The position numbers were made by a program, and so were the translations under genes. From Parasitella parasitica NRRL 2501 (Eukaryota; Fungi; Mucoromycota): a stretch of 64,000 nucleotides of DNA. Shown here piece after piece: positions 51,008 to 64,000 of the stretch. Under the pieces are notes generated by a model, which was not told the DNA's origin, ran no database searches, and was given only the letters and a program-made list of their open reading frames with translations. The stretch lies in assembly GCA_025201805.1 (NCBI GenBank), contig MU619387.1, positions 9,892-73,891 of the forward strand, read 5' to 3'. Position 1 is the first letter of the stretch, and each line of letters starts with the position of its first letter.

Positions 51008-53656
51008 ATGAACGGAGTATTTCTTCGACAGTCAGTTTCGACTCCTCACACTACACCAAAGAAAAATAGACTGCCTAGCGATATTCACCTCTATCCTTAC
51101 AGGGAGCCAATTGACATTTCACTGAATTACAGCAGCAGCAGCAGCAGCTCAAGCTCAGGCTCAGGCTCACGGAATGGCTACTCACCTCCTCTACCCACCA
51201 CAGACACTCCAGTGCAGCAAAGGATACAGAGAAAGCCTGTTGTCAGCAACCCAATGGTTCGATCTTGTCCAAACGAAAAGCCCCTGGCATGGAAAATGGC
51301 ATCTCCCTCGCCAGCTGCCAGAACAAACCTTAAAAAGAACTATGCAGCGGCGGATACTGTACATCCCAGCAGAATCAGAAATAATACCCAAATCGCCCCC
51401 GTCAAACAGCCTGCCAAATCAATACCATCGTCTCCAGCGATATTGTCCAACAAAGAGAAGCGAGCAAGGACCAGACGTCATTCGCAAGGCTCACATTTGG
51501 CTTCGAGTAACGCCACTACGGCAAAGCCTTTCTACACATCCTACGACGATCAATTAAAAAGTACAACTTCATTGGCCACCAGCACTGCTATTAACACCAC
51601 CACCACCACCACTACCACCGCCACCGCCACTACGACAACCAGCAGTGTCACTAAATCGAATACATTCTGGCATCCCAGAAGTGAACGTCCTTCTGAACCC
51701 TTGAAGCCATTGAAGCGAGGCCTCAGCAAAAAGATTCGAGGATTGCTTCAACCACACCGCATGCAAATCGAGCAAGGAGCCTCGAACGAGCAGCACACCA
51801 TTGATTGCCAAGAGAGCCTAAAAAGATGCCAAACACCTGTTTTGGACGATGACGAGAATCCCTTCCGCATCCTAAGGTTAGTAATCTTTTGTTATGATGC
51901 CATATCTTCAAACATCACATCCTAACTTTCCGCGGATCTAGCCATACAAGCAACGTCTCACCAAAGTATGGTACTCTGCAGTTCAACCAAGCCGATTTCG
52001 CTCAGATTGATAGCTACGCATCCACTGTACAGCAGCGTGGACCTTTATTAACGCCTGTAATTCTATCGCAAAAATTTCTCGTCAGGCCCTATCGAAAAGA
52101 GCTGTTACGATTAAGAGCGCTGTTTATTTGGATTGTGCAGAACATTAGGCCCGAATACCATCAAAGGCGGAATGACTTGTTATTGTTGCAGAAACAGCAG
52201 AATCAGCAGCAGTTAATGCAGCAGCAACAGAGTCAGGTGACACAGACCGTGGCATCGTCAAAATCGTCCAATATCCGACAGCGATTGAGCAGAATAGGAA
52301 ATTCAGACGACAGTTCTACAAACAAGAATCCAAATGAAATCACTGCGCAAAAGCTAGATGCCATGAATTTACTGCAGGAAGAAGCTGCATCGCTTATAGC
52401 AGAGACAATGATATCCTCAGATTACATGGAAGAGTCTGCAGAAGAAGTTTTGGACAAGCGAAGCTGCAAATCATCATTCGGGATGGCACGTCTATTTGTG
52501 ACCATGGCTTTAGCCGCTGGCTTTGAGGACGCTCGGGTGGTGTATGGTTATTTAAAAGGTTGTTATCATTAGGTAAAACGAGGCTAGAGGCTGGGATTAC
52601 AGTATGACTAACACAACACACATTAGCTCCCAAAGATACAGTAGCCGCTTCCGAAAACAAGCTGCCGTTAAACCATGCTTGGTGTTCAGGTAAAATAGCA
52701 CGCCACTGACAATCATGACACTGACTAATCTTTTGTCTGTTGAAACAGTCAAGATTGAAGACGAATATCGCCTAATTGATTGCTGGCTGGCCTCCTCTTT
52801 CCATCCACAGAATGAAAGCAAAATCGAATCACATTGGTTTTTGGCGAAACCACACGACATGATTATGACACATTTCCCAAAGAATCACCACGAGCAGTAC
52901 CTGAGCCCTCCTCTATCATCCTACGCGTTCTTTTTGCTGCCTTACATTCGTAATCCGTTCTTTTGGTATGGCATGCGTTTCCTGAAATACCACGTTCAGC
53001 TGCAAGAAGAGGAGCACAGCGTCTTTTACCTCAAATTTACGCTATCACAGACCAACATCAGTTGCTACGCCGAGACCGAAAGCGACGATGGTACTGCCAC
53101 TCGTGGGTTGGCACAATGCATCACTGACGACTACGGAAACCGGACGTGTAAAGTGAAGGCTGTATTGCCGCCTCATCAAACAAGCGGATGGCTCAAAATA
53201 TACGCAGGCCCCAAGGTCGTACCAGCTTCCTCTTCAGGACACCAACAACAACAGCAGCAGCACCAGGAAGTGGTGAACAAGAACCATTATCCGCTAGCTC
53301 TTTGCGTTCGCATCAACACACAACAACCATTAGTTGCACCCTTTGATTTCGTTCAGTTATACGTGGATCACAACGAATTCTACATACAAGAGCCTCAATG
53401 TCACCAGTTCTATCCTCTGCAGACATACCGTTTTTGCATCCGTGCAAACAGACTAGACTACAGAGCTACGCATCATAAATTGGCTGTCAGGAGTCCAAGC
53501 GGGAAGCTTGTTAAATTGACGTATTACCCTCAAGAGCAAGCGTACGATGGCACCGTCACCGTATCGGAAGCAGGCAAGTGGTCTCTTATTTGCTTGCTGC
53601 ATCATACAGGTGGTTCCTGTACTGTTGCTAGTTGGTCGTGTAAATTGAAAAAGTAA
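51008..53656 (+). CDS. Cyk3/kyphoscoliosis-peptidase-like transglutaminase-fold protein, 4 exons
   Basis: RLRALFIWIVQNI, FGMARLFVTMALAAG, VYGYLK, NHAWCSVKIEDEYRLIDCW, HWFLAKPHDMIMTHFP, FYIQEPQC. Confidence 0.85.
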
Positions 53657-53921
53657 ATTTTGTATTATTGTCGAAATATATATATCCATGCATAAAGTAG
53701 TAGTAGTAGTAGTAGTATTATACAAGCTTTCACCTACAGTACATGGGGCGTCTATTTTTGTTTGTCTAGTTTTTACTTTGTCAACGACATACAACTATGA
53801 GAACTATGTGCTGCTGATCATATTGCATTCGAGCTTATGCAGCAGATGCTTTATCAAATAAGGGCTTTTATTTAATCTTATAAAGAGAGGGGATATACAG
53901 AGCGTATACGAGCAATACAGG

Positions 53922-55431
53922 CTATGCGTTGAAATAATTTCTGACCATATTCGTGGCATTTTCAGCTAAATCCTTCACAGCATCCAGGTCGAGCGCAGCT
54001 TGACCAACAAACTTTCGTGCCGCAGCTACTGCTTGATCCTGAACATTATCCCAATCGCCTGCATTGCTGTTACTGTAGGATGAGCTTCTTTGGTTATTCA
54101 TATCAGATTCTCTGCCAAAATACTGGTCTGATGAAATAGACTTTGCGTTTGAGAATTGCGATAATCGGCCGGATTCAGCGGCCGAGGAAGCAGCGTCCGA
54201 ATCATTTCTGCCGAAATACTGATCTGAAGAAATAGCCCTTGCAGATCCAAAATTATCACGAGCAGTTTGAATAGCATCCTCTTGTTGTCGATACGGCTTT
54301 TGAGATGGCATGTGGACACTATTCTTTTTGTCTTCCATATTCATGCGGCTCATGCCAAAGCCGAGTTTTTCGTACTCATCCTCCTTATCCTTTTCGCTGT
54401 TGTTGCTGTTGTCAATGTAGGCTAACCGGGAAAACGTGTTGGCAGCAGACGTCGATGAGTCGGCCTTGTTGCTCGACGTTCCCTCCTCTTGGTCCTCCTC
54501 ATCCTGGCCATACTTCTGACTACGCTCTAAATCTTGCTTGGCCTGAGCTTCAGCTGCCTCGAAATTGAAATTAACGGGGGTCTTTTTGACGCCAAGTTTG
54601 CCTGATTTTGCAGATTTGCGGGGAACCCGAGCACCGCCCACAGAGGACCGGGCAGTACGGGCAGTACGGGCAGTAGGCGTGTTGATCTTGGCAGCAACAG
54701 GTGTAACGGGAGTCTCGGGTTTATCTTCTTCAACGGATGTCGCAACGCTGCAGTCGTCATTGGTGATATTGAGAGGCTCCGGCAGCTGCTGTGGCTGCTG
54801 AGAAGGCGCAAGAGGTGTCGCAGGGGGCTCTTCTACACCGTCGTGGATGTCGATGACAACTGTGTTTGGATTGCTAATGACAGAGAGCACATATTTAGCG
54901 TCTCGTCGCATTTTTGCATGGACAATTCACTTACGCCGCGGTATCCTCAGCAGTTCTTTTGGCCAGTAATTCTTTGTATTGCTGCCCTGTTTTGCTAGTA
55001 TACTTTATTCTGGCATCGTTGGTGTTGGTGCCTGCCCCATTTTTTGAGAAATACTCGGAAGCAGCCTGATTGCCGCCCACTTTCATCATGCGCAGTTGCT
55101 CCCAGCTCCAAGAATCGAGCACAGTAGATCTATCAACCAACAAATCAGCGCACAACATTTCACGGGTTCCGGCGTGTACTTGCCTGACAAAACTAATGTG
55201 CACGCCTAAATTTCTATGCGCAGACGAACAATCCGTGCAAATGTAAACACCAAATGAGACAGAAGCCCAGTTGGGATTCTTTGCGTTGCAGTCGAAGCAT
55301 GCCTGCAGAAAGCAACGGTTAAATATCAGCACTGACATCCTATACAGAAAAAAAAAACCTGCCTTGTTGTAGCGGTTTTGCTTGAGCTTTTTGAATACGC
55401 TTTGGATGTTTTCCTTTGTAGGTTCTGGCAT
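53922..55431 (-). CDS. GLO3: ArfGAP2/3 (Glo3-type) ADP-ribosylation factor GAP. Exons 55431-55363, 55302-55184, 55129-54935, 54873-53922
   Basis: [46 protein letters not shown], two Glo3 motifs ([20 protein letters not shown]). Confidence 0.95.
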
Positions 55432-55815
55432 ATTTATCGTTTGTGCTTGAAATGAAAAGGAACGAAACCAAGATGAAGCGTTTCTAAAGTGGTGAATAAT
55501 GCGTCACGCTGGGTGATTTGCCATCCGCGATTCCTGAAAAAAAAAAAAAGAAGGCCCCCTTCGTGTGGTATACTATAACATGCCTTCTCTCATAAGATAG
55601 CAAGCATTTGAATGTGGGCGATGGGTCAGTGTATGGACACAGCAAATTAAATCAAGCGTAGGTTTGACATAATATGAATAGCAGTTCAAGATGTGATTTG
55701 CAGCACAATTGCAAAACATTTGGGACTCAAACGGGACTCAGGGAAACACAATACGGCACAAAAAGGCCCAGAAAGAACCAAACCTCTTTTTTCTTTCAAT
55801 GTCGACAACTCCGGA

Positions 55816-57368
55816 ATGAAAAACAAGTTTGCCATACCCACCTCCATCAATTCACCTTTACCAACAAGTTTGGCCGGTAAAATCACACCGTAATGTCTAT
55901 GATTCCATCGCCTGGTTGTGGTCCATGTCTGAATACGTAGGTGAGTGCAAGAAGGCGACAAATATCCTGGATGCTTTTGGCAGTAAGTGCCGCTTGAATT
56001 TAGAGGAGAGAGTCAAGATGCAAAGCACAGGGCCTTGCTATATTTACAGTTCTGAAAGCTGGGTTTCTCTTTTCTGGAGGAGCAGGCAGTGGTTTGGTGG
56101 TCGCTAGATAAGCCAGTTGAGTGACATGTATACTCTGCAAGAAAAATGAGACTCTTGTCTTGAGTAGGCTACCTGATGGATGTTAGAAAAGATGTCACTG
56201 TTGCGAGCGGTGGAATAGCGTAGAGTATAGAAAACTCCATAACTGATCTTTGCTTTTGGGATTCATGATAGCTTGGTCTGCACCTTCTGCAATCGTAACA
56301 GGCGGCATGGGTGCTGGTGGCCAGATAGGTAAAGTCGTATTGGTTCGGACGGATGCATCGACGTACTGATGATGCCTTTTGCAGGTGCCAAACTGACCGA
56401 TTTTGCGCTTGTATTAAATACAAAGGAGGCTGTCAAGACATTTAGTCACTTTGGGAATATTACATTAGGCGGTAATGTATTCGGTAAGTATCGCTACAAA
56501 ATGTACGGAATATGGCAGCGTGTACTTAAATGACATGTTGGTCGCTGCCGGCCCAGTTGGGCGAATGCCGAAGCATCTGGATCGGCTACCTTGAAGCATA
56601 TTTCAGCAAAACCTGTGGATTGTTTGCTGGTGTATCGCTGGAAAGCTCTGTTATTTTCACCCGTAACGATGCTAGTGAAAAGATTTACGGCGAACGTGTA
56701 TTTGCAAAACAACTGCTTAATGGTTCTGTAGCACCTCCCTACGAAGCTGATTCACTTTATCGCGCTCTCGATGCTAAGTCCCGTACACTTGGCAACACAG
56801 GAACCATCTACCAGCGTACTATTCAACAGGAAGAAAGCAAAGGAAACGTCTATAGATGCACATCCATCTCGGCGCCCGGTACGCTTCGAATTCCTGGAGT
56901 GCGACAACAGGTGGGTGGATACGGCGCCCCTACAAACACAACAGTGCACCGTCTGCACCACAGCAGCCAACAAGCCTACGCCTACTTCCTGAAATACCAA
57001 CTACAAGCAAGCTGTGCCGCCACCACTGTACGAAGGCCAGCAACTCAGCTTTAGTAGAGACATTAAAAAGGCAGTGGCTCCCACCCCCACAGTACCACTC
57101 CGACCCCCCCCCCCCCTACCAAGCCAGAGCTCGAAGCCACTCACGGCAAGAGCACTATATGCTTTTGCAAGCGAACAAGATGGTGATTTGAATTTTCAAG
57201 CAGACGATGTGATAACAGTTACGGAAAAGACTGACAGTCAGGACGACTGGTGGACAGATAGGCTGAATGGTCAGATTGGGTCTGTAAGTTATCAAGCCAA
57301 ACACAGGATAAAAATGACACTTATCTTGCTGTTGATAGTTTCCTGCCAATTACGCTGAAATTTTGTAG
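55816..57368 (+). pseudogene. Ysc84/Lsb3 (SYLF/YAB + SH3) gene with multiple disabling lesions
   Basis: INSPLPTSLAGECKKA, GLAIFTVLKAGFLFSG, WSAPSAI, TDFALVLNT, GLFAGVSLE and an SH3 (ALYAF...DWW...FPANY), but the donor reads AG|ATAAGC, an acceptor reads TTG, and there are frameshifts and deletions. Confidence 0.8.
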
Positions 57369-57977
57369 CTGACACACAAATATATATAAATTTAATATTA
57401 TTACGACACACCATTCATCTGGTTAAAGAGATAATTATATACATCTATTTGCAGAACATGCTTAGAGATTAAAAATAGCACCATATGCCTGATGTAACAG
57501 CAAAGGTCATTGCCATATTTTTTTAGCCTCTTTGGTAGTAGTGGCAGTTTGCATGCTATAGTTGCACACCCATTTACTTTGTATGCGGATCAAATAGCGG
57601 TGTAACAATATAAAAAAGATAACGAAATAGTATAGCTATTGGTAGTTGTTCTCATAACTTGAATGTGAAGAAGCATACGATCCAAATATTATATCATTTG
57701 CTACAAATTTAGTAATTTTTCTCTTCCCTAGTGTTGCTATTTGTTTTGTTCGTTCAAGCAGGCGTGGGGATTAATCCATGATTCGTGGGAATTTTATTGA
57801 TGATTTGACATAGTTTCCTGCATACAGGTATCTTGCAGCAAAGATGGCCGCCTCTTGCTTCCCAATTTCAAGGTTATAAAAGCAACATATCTAGTGATTA
57901 GGATCCTCTTTTTTTTTTCTTCTTCTTCTTTTCTTTTTGACTTTTTTTTTTTTCCTTTTTCACTAAATAGATAAAAC

Positions 57978-59561
57978 ATGTTGGACGTTGACGAAATCCG
58001 TTAGTGATTTGATCTACATGCATGTATTCGCTGCCTGATATTAACTTGTAACGTTTTTTTTAGCTGAAAAACCCAACGTCAATACAATAGACAGTATAAT
58101 TTCTGGATTATTTGGTGGTAAAAGATACATGCTTTTTTTCCATGATTTGACTAAATTCTGATATTTATCAATTAAACAGGCTTAGCAGGATTAGCAGTTG
58201 GTCATCCATTTGGTAACAACCAGAAAGAAATACAGTACATCAGAATAAACACTCTAATCATTCCCCCTTTTATTGTTTAATTGCAAACAGATACAGGTAT
58301 GTAAACATAAAGTGTGGATATATTATGTCATGCTGCTTAAGCTAATGTACAATTACAATTACAACCTGTGTCATAGTGAAAGTAAGGTTACAATCTCGAG
58401 AATTAGCTTCTCGATACAAAGGCACGTGGAATTGCTTTGTTACAACAGTAAAGCAAGAAAAGGTACTGTCTGCAGACATGAAACGCATACATTCCAAATC
58501 ATTTAGTTATTCTAATGGACATTATTTAACGACATAGTTTATAGGCCTTTACAAAGGAATGGTAATTATACAGACAATCTTCTCGTCTAGCATGGATGCA
58601 AAAGTTGAACTGATCCCCGTTATCAATTTTTTTTAAAATAGGCTTCTCCTGCAGTAAGTCTGACTGATTCTTTTTTTGTTTTCAGTATACTGCAATACAA
58701 ACGAAAATTAACAAAGTGGATTAGGCTGGCGTCGCTGGTGTAAACGCTCTTGTTTTTGGATCTTATACATGGTTAATGCAATACCAAGCATTACACGACC
58801 CATCAAGTTCAGACAAGCTACCTCCTTTACGGCATGTACTCATAGCTGGAATGGGTGCTGGCGTAATCACAAGGTTTGTATTTCAAACACATTGCGAATG
58901 TCGCTAGATACTTGTTGACCGAATTGCTTTTACAGTTTTGTAACATGTCCTATGGAATTAGTCAAAGTTCAGCTGCAAAATCAAACACAAAAAACATCAA
59001 TAAAAGGCCCTATTGATTGTTTAAAAAATTTGTACACTACAGGAGGCCTAAGATACTGCTTCAAGGGAATGCTACCGACAACTTTAAGAGAACTTAGCTT
59101 TGGGCCTTACTTTCTTACATATGAATTTATTTGCAGAATGATGACCACATCGGACCCCAGCAGTATCAATAACGACACATACGAACTCTCAGGCCCAAAG
59201 ATTATTCTAGCAGGCGGATCGGCAGGCATTGTTGCGTGGTGCTCAACATATTTTGCAGGTATTGTTTACGCACACATGTGATCTTATCAAAGGCTAACAT
59301 GAACGGGCCTATACAGACGTTGTAAAGACACGTATTCAATCCGAACCTGAAAGATACAAAGGCTTTATAGACTGCATCAAAAGGTCGTATCGCCATGAGG
59401 GATGGCGCATCTTTTTCAGAGGACTTACGCCTACTATTTTACGGGCTTTCCCCTCCAATGCTGCCACCTTTGCTGCCTACACATGGACAATGAAACTATG
59501 CAAATCAAGTCAACTGACCGCAGTGAAACCCCATAACAATAACGATGCGATACTACTGTAG
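57978..59561 (+). CDS. Mitochondrial carrier (SLC25, carnitine/basic amino acid-type), about 10 exons including micro-exons
   Basis: GHPFD|T|VKVRLQ, GLYKGM|ASPA, PMELVKVQLQ, DVVKTRIQ, LRAFPSNAATF. Confidence 0.92.
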
Positions 59562-60400
59562 AAAGGAAATGAAACACTACCAACTACCTAATTCCCCTGT
59601 TTACAGCAGTGATGTTTATGAAAATTCTATTTTCCTCGAGGATAGTTTCTCACGTTCATAGTAAATTCTGCCCTGTTCATACTCTATACGCACTGCATTT
59701 TATAATTTCTGTTTTCATGCATTCATTACCATTATCGTGCATTTTTTCTTACATTTACTTGATAAACAAGATTGAATTCAATGCTCGATTTTATTGCATT
59801 ATCATCAACAATTTTCTCAAGTGATAATGTCGACGAAATATCAATAGACAAGGTGTTCTCAAACAGTGTCAAATAAATGAAATTTAATAGCGCTTTTAAC
59901 AAGGTTAGATTATGAAATGCTCCAACATTTTTCATGTATTCCTGCAAGTAACGTTGATCGGAGAACCCTAACCTATTTTTCTAAACAGTACTTTGATCAG
60001 GGCAAGCCAAGATGATTTCAATATCCCCAATGAAATTGCATCTTGCAACGGGAGCCGAAAACCGAATATCATGATGGTAACATTGCTCAATACTTGTTGT
60101 TGAAATCTTTACATTTCGAGCAGTCAGATTATATAAAGAGATATATTATCGTCAAAAATAGTTTAATCTAATAAAATATTGACTTACTGTATGATCATTT
60201 TGAATAGAAACAAAAAAAAATAAAAAAATAGGCTATTCGTCTTTTCTGTTGTAAACAGAATATAATAGGCTCGGTCACCTTCGCCCCGAGAAAAGAACTG
60301 ATTAGAAGCTGGTTTTATGGTTTTTGATATAAAAAGCGCATCGTTCTCGTCAACTCCCTCTCTTCACTTTTTATCCTGTATACTCGAAAAATCAATTAGC

Positions 60401-62121
60401 ATGGATTATTTAAAAACTATTAGCCAATCAACACCCATTAATAATGCTATCAAACTCATACAAAAATTGCCTGTAGCTCATCGATTAGAAGACTTTTACC
60501 GACGAGCATCAAGAAATGAATTGATCTTTGTCGGGGCTGCTACATTTTTGACAATCTATAATCTCAAAGCTTACATCAATAGAAATCGACAAAGGCTAAA
60601 CTTGCCTCCTACTGTTCCGTACGGTCTGCCTCTCTTGGGCCACACTCTCTATTTGATGATTTCACCTTTTAAATTTATTGATTGGTGTAACAAAAACTAT
60701 GGGGAAATCTTTGATATCAATTTGCTTGGTAAGACAGTTACTGTTACTAGCAAGAAATGCGCAGAGGAAACATTTAAAGCGGAATCTACGGATTTATCCT
60801 TGAATGAAGGCATCGTTAATGGTTTGTACACTGTGTTTTTGGGAGTTATTGTCACTTACGTCTCGTCATAGATATGCTTCATTTAAACTACCTTTTCACC
60901 GATAGAGAGATGATCCTGTCTTCCAAGGCAAATGCTGTCGTTGTGAAATCAGTGCTTACCAGTCAAAGAGTCCCTTTACTTATTCCTACTATCCAAGAAG
61001 GCCTTGAACGAGGTGCTCATGTGCTGCTAAACCAAAATGGACCAACGATCGTCAAAAAGCCAAGCATCTTCTTCCAAAACTACGTTGCTTACATGAGTGT
61101 TGGCTCCCTAATTGGAGAAGAGGTCGCAACAGAAACTGAAGTAATCAAGTCGTTTGCTGAGTTTACAGGGGATATTATCGGCAATGTCGCCTATTTTGTG
61201 TTTCTTCCAAAGTTCCTGCATTCTTACATTTTGCCCTTCTTGCAAAAGTCTTACAAGCATCATCATGTCATGGAAAAATACGTCATGCCAATGATTGCGG
61301 AACGTCGTGAAAAGCTAAAACTCGCTAGAGAGGCTGGCCAAGAACACGAGCTCGCCCATGACTTTTTGCAAGGCTTGGCTGAATATGTATATACTGACGA
61401 GGATGGCAATCCCACCACATTTACCGAGAAGGAGCTTGCTCACAATGTCTTGATGGTTGCTTTCGCCGCTGTTCACACTACATCCACAAATTTGAGTTAC
61501 TGTATCTACTGGCTGATTGCTCGCCCAGACCTCAAGGAGAAGTTATTGGACGAAATCAACCGTGTCACTCCAGGCAAGTCGAGAGTTACTCACGACGATC
61601 TATTGAACATGCCATTCCTGAACAACTTTGTTCGTGAATCTCTTCGTCAAAGCGTCGATAGATTGGCTGTCCAGAAAAAGGTGATGCACGACTACACATA
61701 TTATAACGGCTATCAGGTACCCAAGGGACGCATGATCCACACAACCACTCGCCAAATGAATTTTGGTGAAACATCTGGCCGCTCCTCTATCGAAGATATG
61801 GACCCTGACATGTCCATGAACAAGCCTTGTGCTACTCCTGCTAGAGATTTCCTCACTTTTGGTATGGGCAAGCATTTATGTCCAGGTATAACATAATATA
61901 ATAATACATTTAAAAAAAAAAAAAAAAGAAAGATGGCTAACTTTTGGACTACCATAGGCCGTTTCTTTGCTATCCAAGAAATCATGATGTCGCTTGTCTT
62001 CCTTTTGAAGCATTACGATGTCGATACTGTGAGTGGAAAGAAGCCTCATCCTGTTTCTAGTATTGGCAACATTACAGTAACAAACTGTGAAGAACCTCTT
62101 GTCTTTACCCCCAAGAATTAG
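60401..62121 (+). CDS. Cytochrome P450, 3 exons
   Basis: TM anchor + PP hinge (LPPTVPYGLPLLGH), I-helix FAAVHTT, ExxR (ESLR), heme motif FGMGKHLCPG|RFFA. Confidence 0.95.
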
Positions 62122-64000
62122 AAGAAGAAGAAGAAAAGTAAACTATTCTATACGCCAGTTATTATATATTCTTTTACAATATTTGTTCTATAAAAAAGCA
62201 TTCGTATAAACTCTTATTCCTCTTTCGGTAACGCAGATTAAATTTAATAGTTTACTTTGTACACACATCAAGACATTCGCAGTTTATTACAAAAACTGAA
62301 AGAATCAAACAGGGATTGCCTGAAAATCATATCTCCATTGCTAAATAATTCACAAAGATAATACCTTTGCAGGATAAGCCTTTGGGGCGTTTATTTCATA
62401 AGTTACATAAAATTACTTTTGATAAAGTTATAATTTACATTTTTTCCTCTATTCACTCATTGATGTGTCAATTTCTCAACCGGAAGTCAAACTCAAGTAA
62501 ACTCAAGTAAACTCAATCATGAACACAATTCAAGAACATATCCCAATAATGGATCATGTTCCTTATTTCTATCTCAACATGACTTGCTCATGGACAATAG
62601 ATACAATCTATCGTTCCATTTTCTAAACCACACCATGTCTCACACTTGTATCTTATCCTCCCATCAGTCCACTTAGATTCACTAGTATATAAACCATCAT
62701 TGTTTAGAATAACAAAATATAGCCAGAAAAATACAATTAGAACTGAATATATTTATTTTGCTATTCCAAGATTGAATGCAGATTTAACTAGTGTATGTTT
62801 TGAAGGTATTTATAGTTATTTGACAGTGCCGCAGCAATAGGACCATGATCTAGGATGAGGGATAATTGGGTACACCTTGAACCAATCCCTAGGAGCTTGG
62901 TGGATAAGAGTTTCCGAGTTACCAGTAAGACAAGAGCATAGATACGTATAAAGGATAGAATGTTGTTCCTGGTAGCTTTGATGGAAGAACATTCATCAGG
63001 ATTAAACACCGACCTCAGGAACCAAATGTCATAGGATATCACCACTTTGTACTGGGATAAAGATTCGCCATTCAATGTTACCACTTATGTCTCTTTGCCA
63101 TGTCTAAATAAAGTCATTCCATTCTACTACGCATTTCTACTCTTGCTCGCTTTATGATGTATTATACAGAGTATAATACATTACTGCTAAGATTTGATCT
63201 GTATCCTAAACAATCATTTTTTCCATGTAATAAACGAGATCTTTACCTGATTAATTCACAACCGTTTTATTTGAATAATTTCTCATTCTGATAAATCAGT
63301 GTGGCTTCAAAATATAGCAAAATCGGAATAGTGGTCAGAAATATTTGAGAATTGGATATGTTGTTATATAGAATAGTTCAAATGGAAATTCTTTTGGCTG
63401 AAAGTTGTATTTTCATCGTATAATAGTTTGTAAGTAGTATAGCAGCAGTAATTGCAGATTAAGCGTTTAAGCGTGGAAAAGAGTTGTATCTTTGCTTAAT
63501 GGTATGTATTCTATTCAAAAATGAAGGTATATAAAAATGGTTTTTGAGTTCGTATTATTATGCGGTATTCCGGCTATCGATTCGTATTGAGACATCATAT
63601 CCAAGTTACCCATTAGAGTCGTGCTTTTTTTTTTTATTAAATTGAGAATAATAGGTGATGCACTCCTTTATAGTGGAAAAAAAAGACTGTAGATTGAATC
63701 TCAGCACTGTGTTTCCATTTGGCCCAAACCAGTTTCGAGATTTTTTTTGCATCGTTCATTGCTAAATATCTCATAAACACAATAAGTATATCGGATATGC
63801 GAACTAAGTGTTTTATGACAAAAATTAAATTCTGCATCCAACCATATATATTACAAGGCTATAGAAACACCTTTTTTTATAATCAATTTTCAAATATTCA
63901 AAAAATGCCATTTTTGATAGTTTTTGAGTAAAATCAAGCATATTTTGAGCACATTCAACTCTATAAAGTTGACCAAACAAACCATCATGTCAATGCCTAC

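Noticed and set aside
62788-63157. Protein-like + frame with two internal TAG stops overlapping a 98-aa minus ORF (TE or viral remnant?)
   Set aside because: No RdRp, RT or transposase motif recognised; needs TBLASTX
63500-64000. Weak resemblance (TTTTGATAG...AAATCAAG) to the 320-bp repeat
   Set aside because: Too short and AT-rich to be significant by eye

Overview
Gene-dense eukaryotic (fungal) genomic DNA with short spliceosomal introns (mostly 50-110 nt) and AT-rich intergenic spacers. Gene families and intron style point to Mucorales, probably a Mucor-like species (inference). The window holds about 24 protein-coding loci: ADE6 (5' part), a complete 7-exon Dicer-like gene head-to-head with it, C2H2 and two-finger GATA transcription factors, G-patch (GPATCH11-like), HAD phosphatase, WD40 protein, PP2A scaffold subunit, a small secreted Cys-rich protein, DUF1748 (missing from the ORF track), Tim17-family protein, anoctamin/TMEM16, Erv29/SURF4, PRMT5, Dnf1/2-like P4-ATPase, Tag1/DUF3712 protein, Mid2-like surface protein, Smr-domain protein, calcineurin A, Cyk3-like protein, Glo3 ArfGAP, a mitochondrial carrier with micro-exons and a cytochrome P450. 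There is also a Ysc84/Lsb3 pseudogene and a dispersed ~320-bp repeat family at two loci. The most interesting signals: (1) an unusually long, self-complementary intron inside Dicer, a possible autoregulatory hairpin; (2) a CHCC zinc-type dsRBD ending the Dicer protein; (3) a Gcn4/Bas1-type site in the shared ADE6-Dicer promoter; (4) the unnamed ~320-bp repeat with ~160-bp sub-periodicity; (5) three in-frame-requiring GC-AG introns. Exon boundaries were read by eye and need RNA-seq confirmation. No tRNA, rRNA or CRISPR was recognised.
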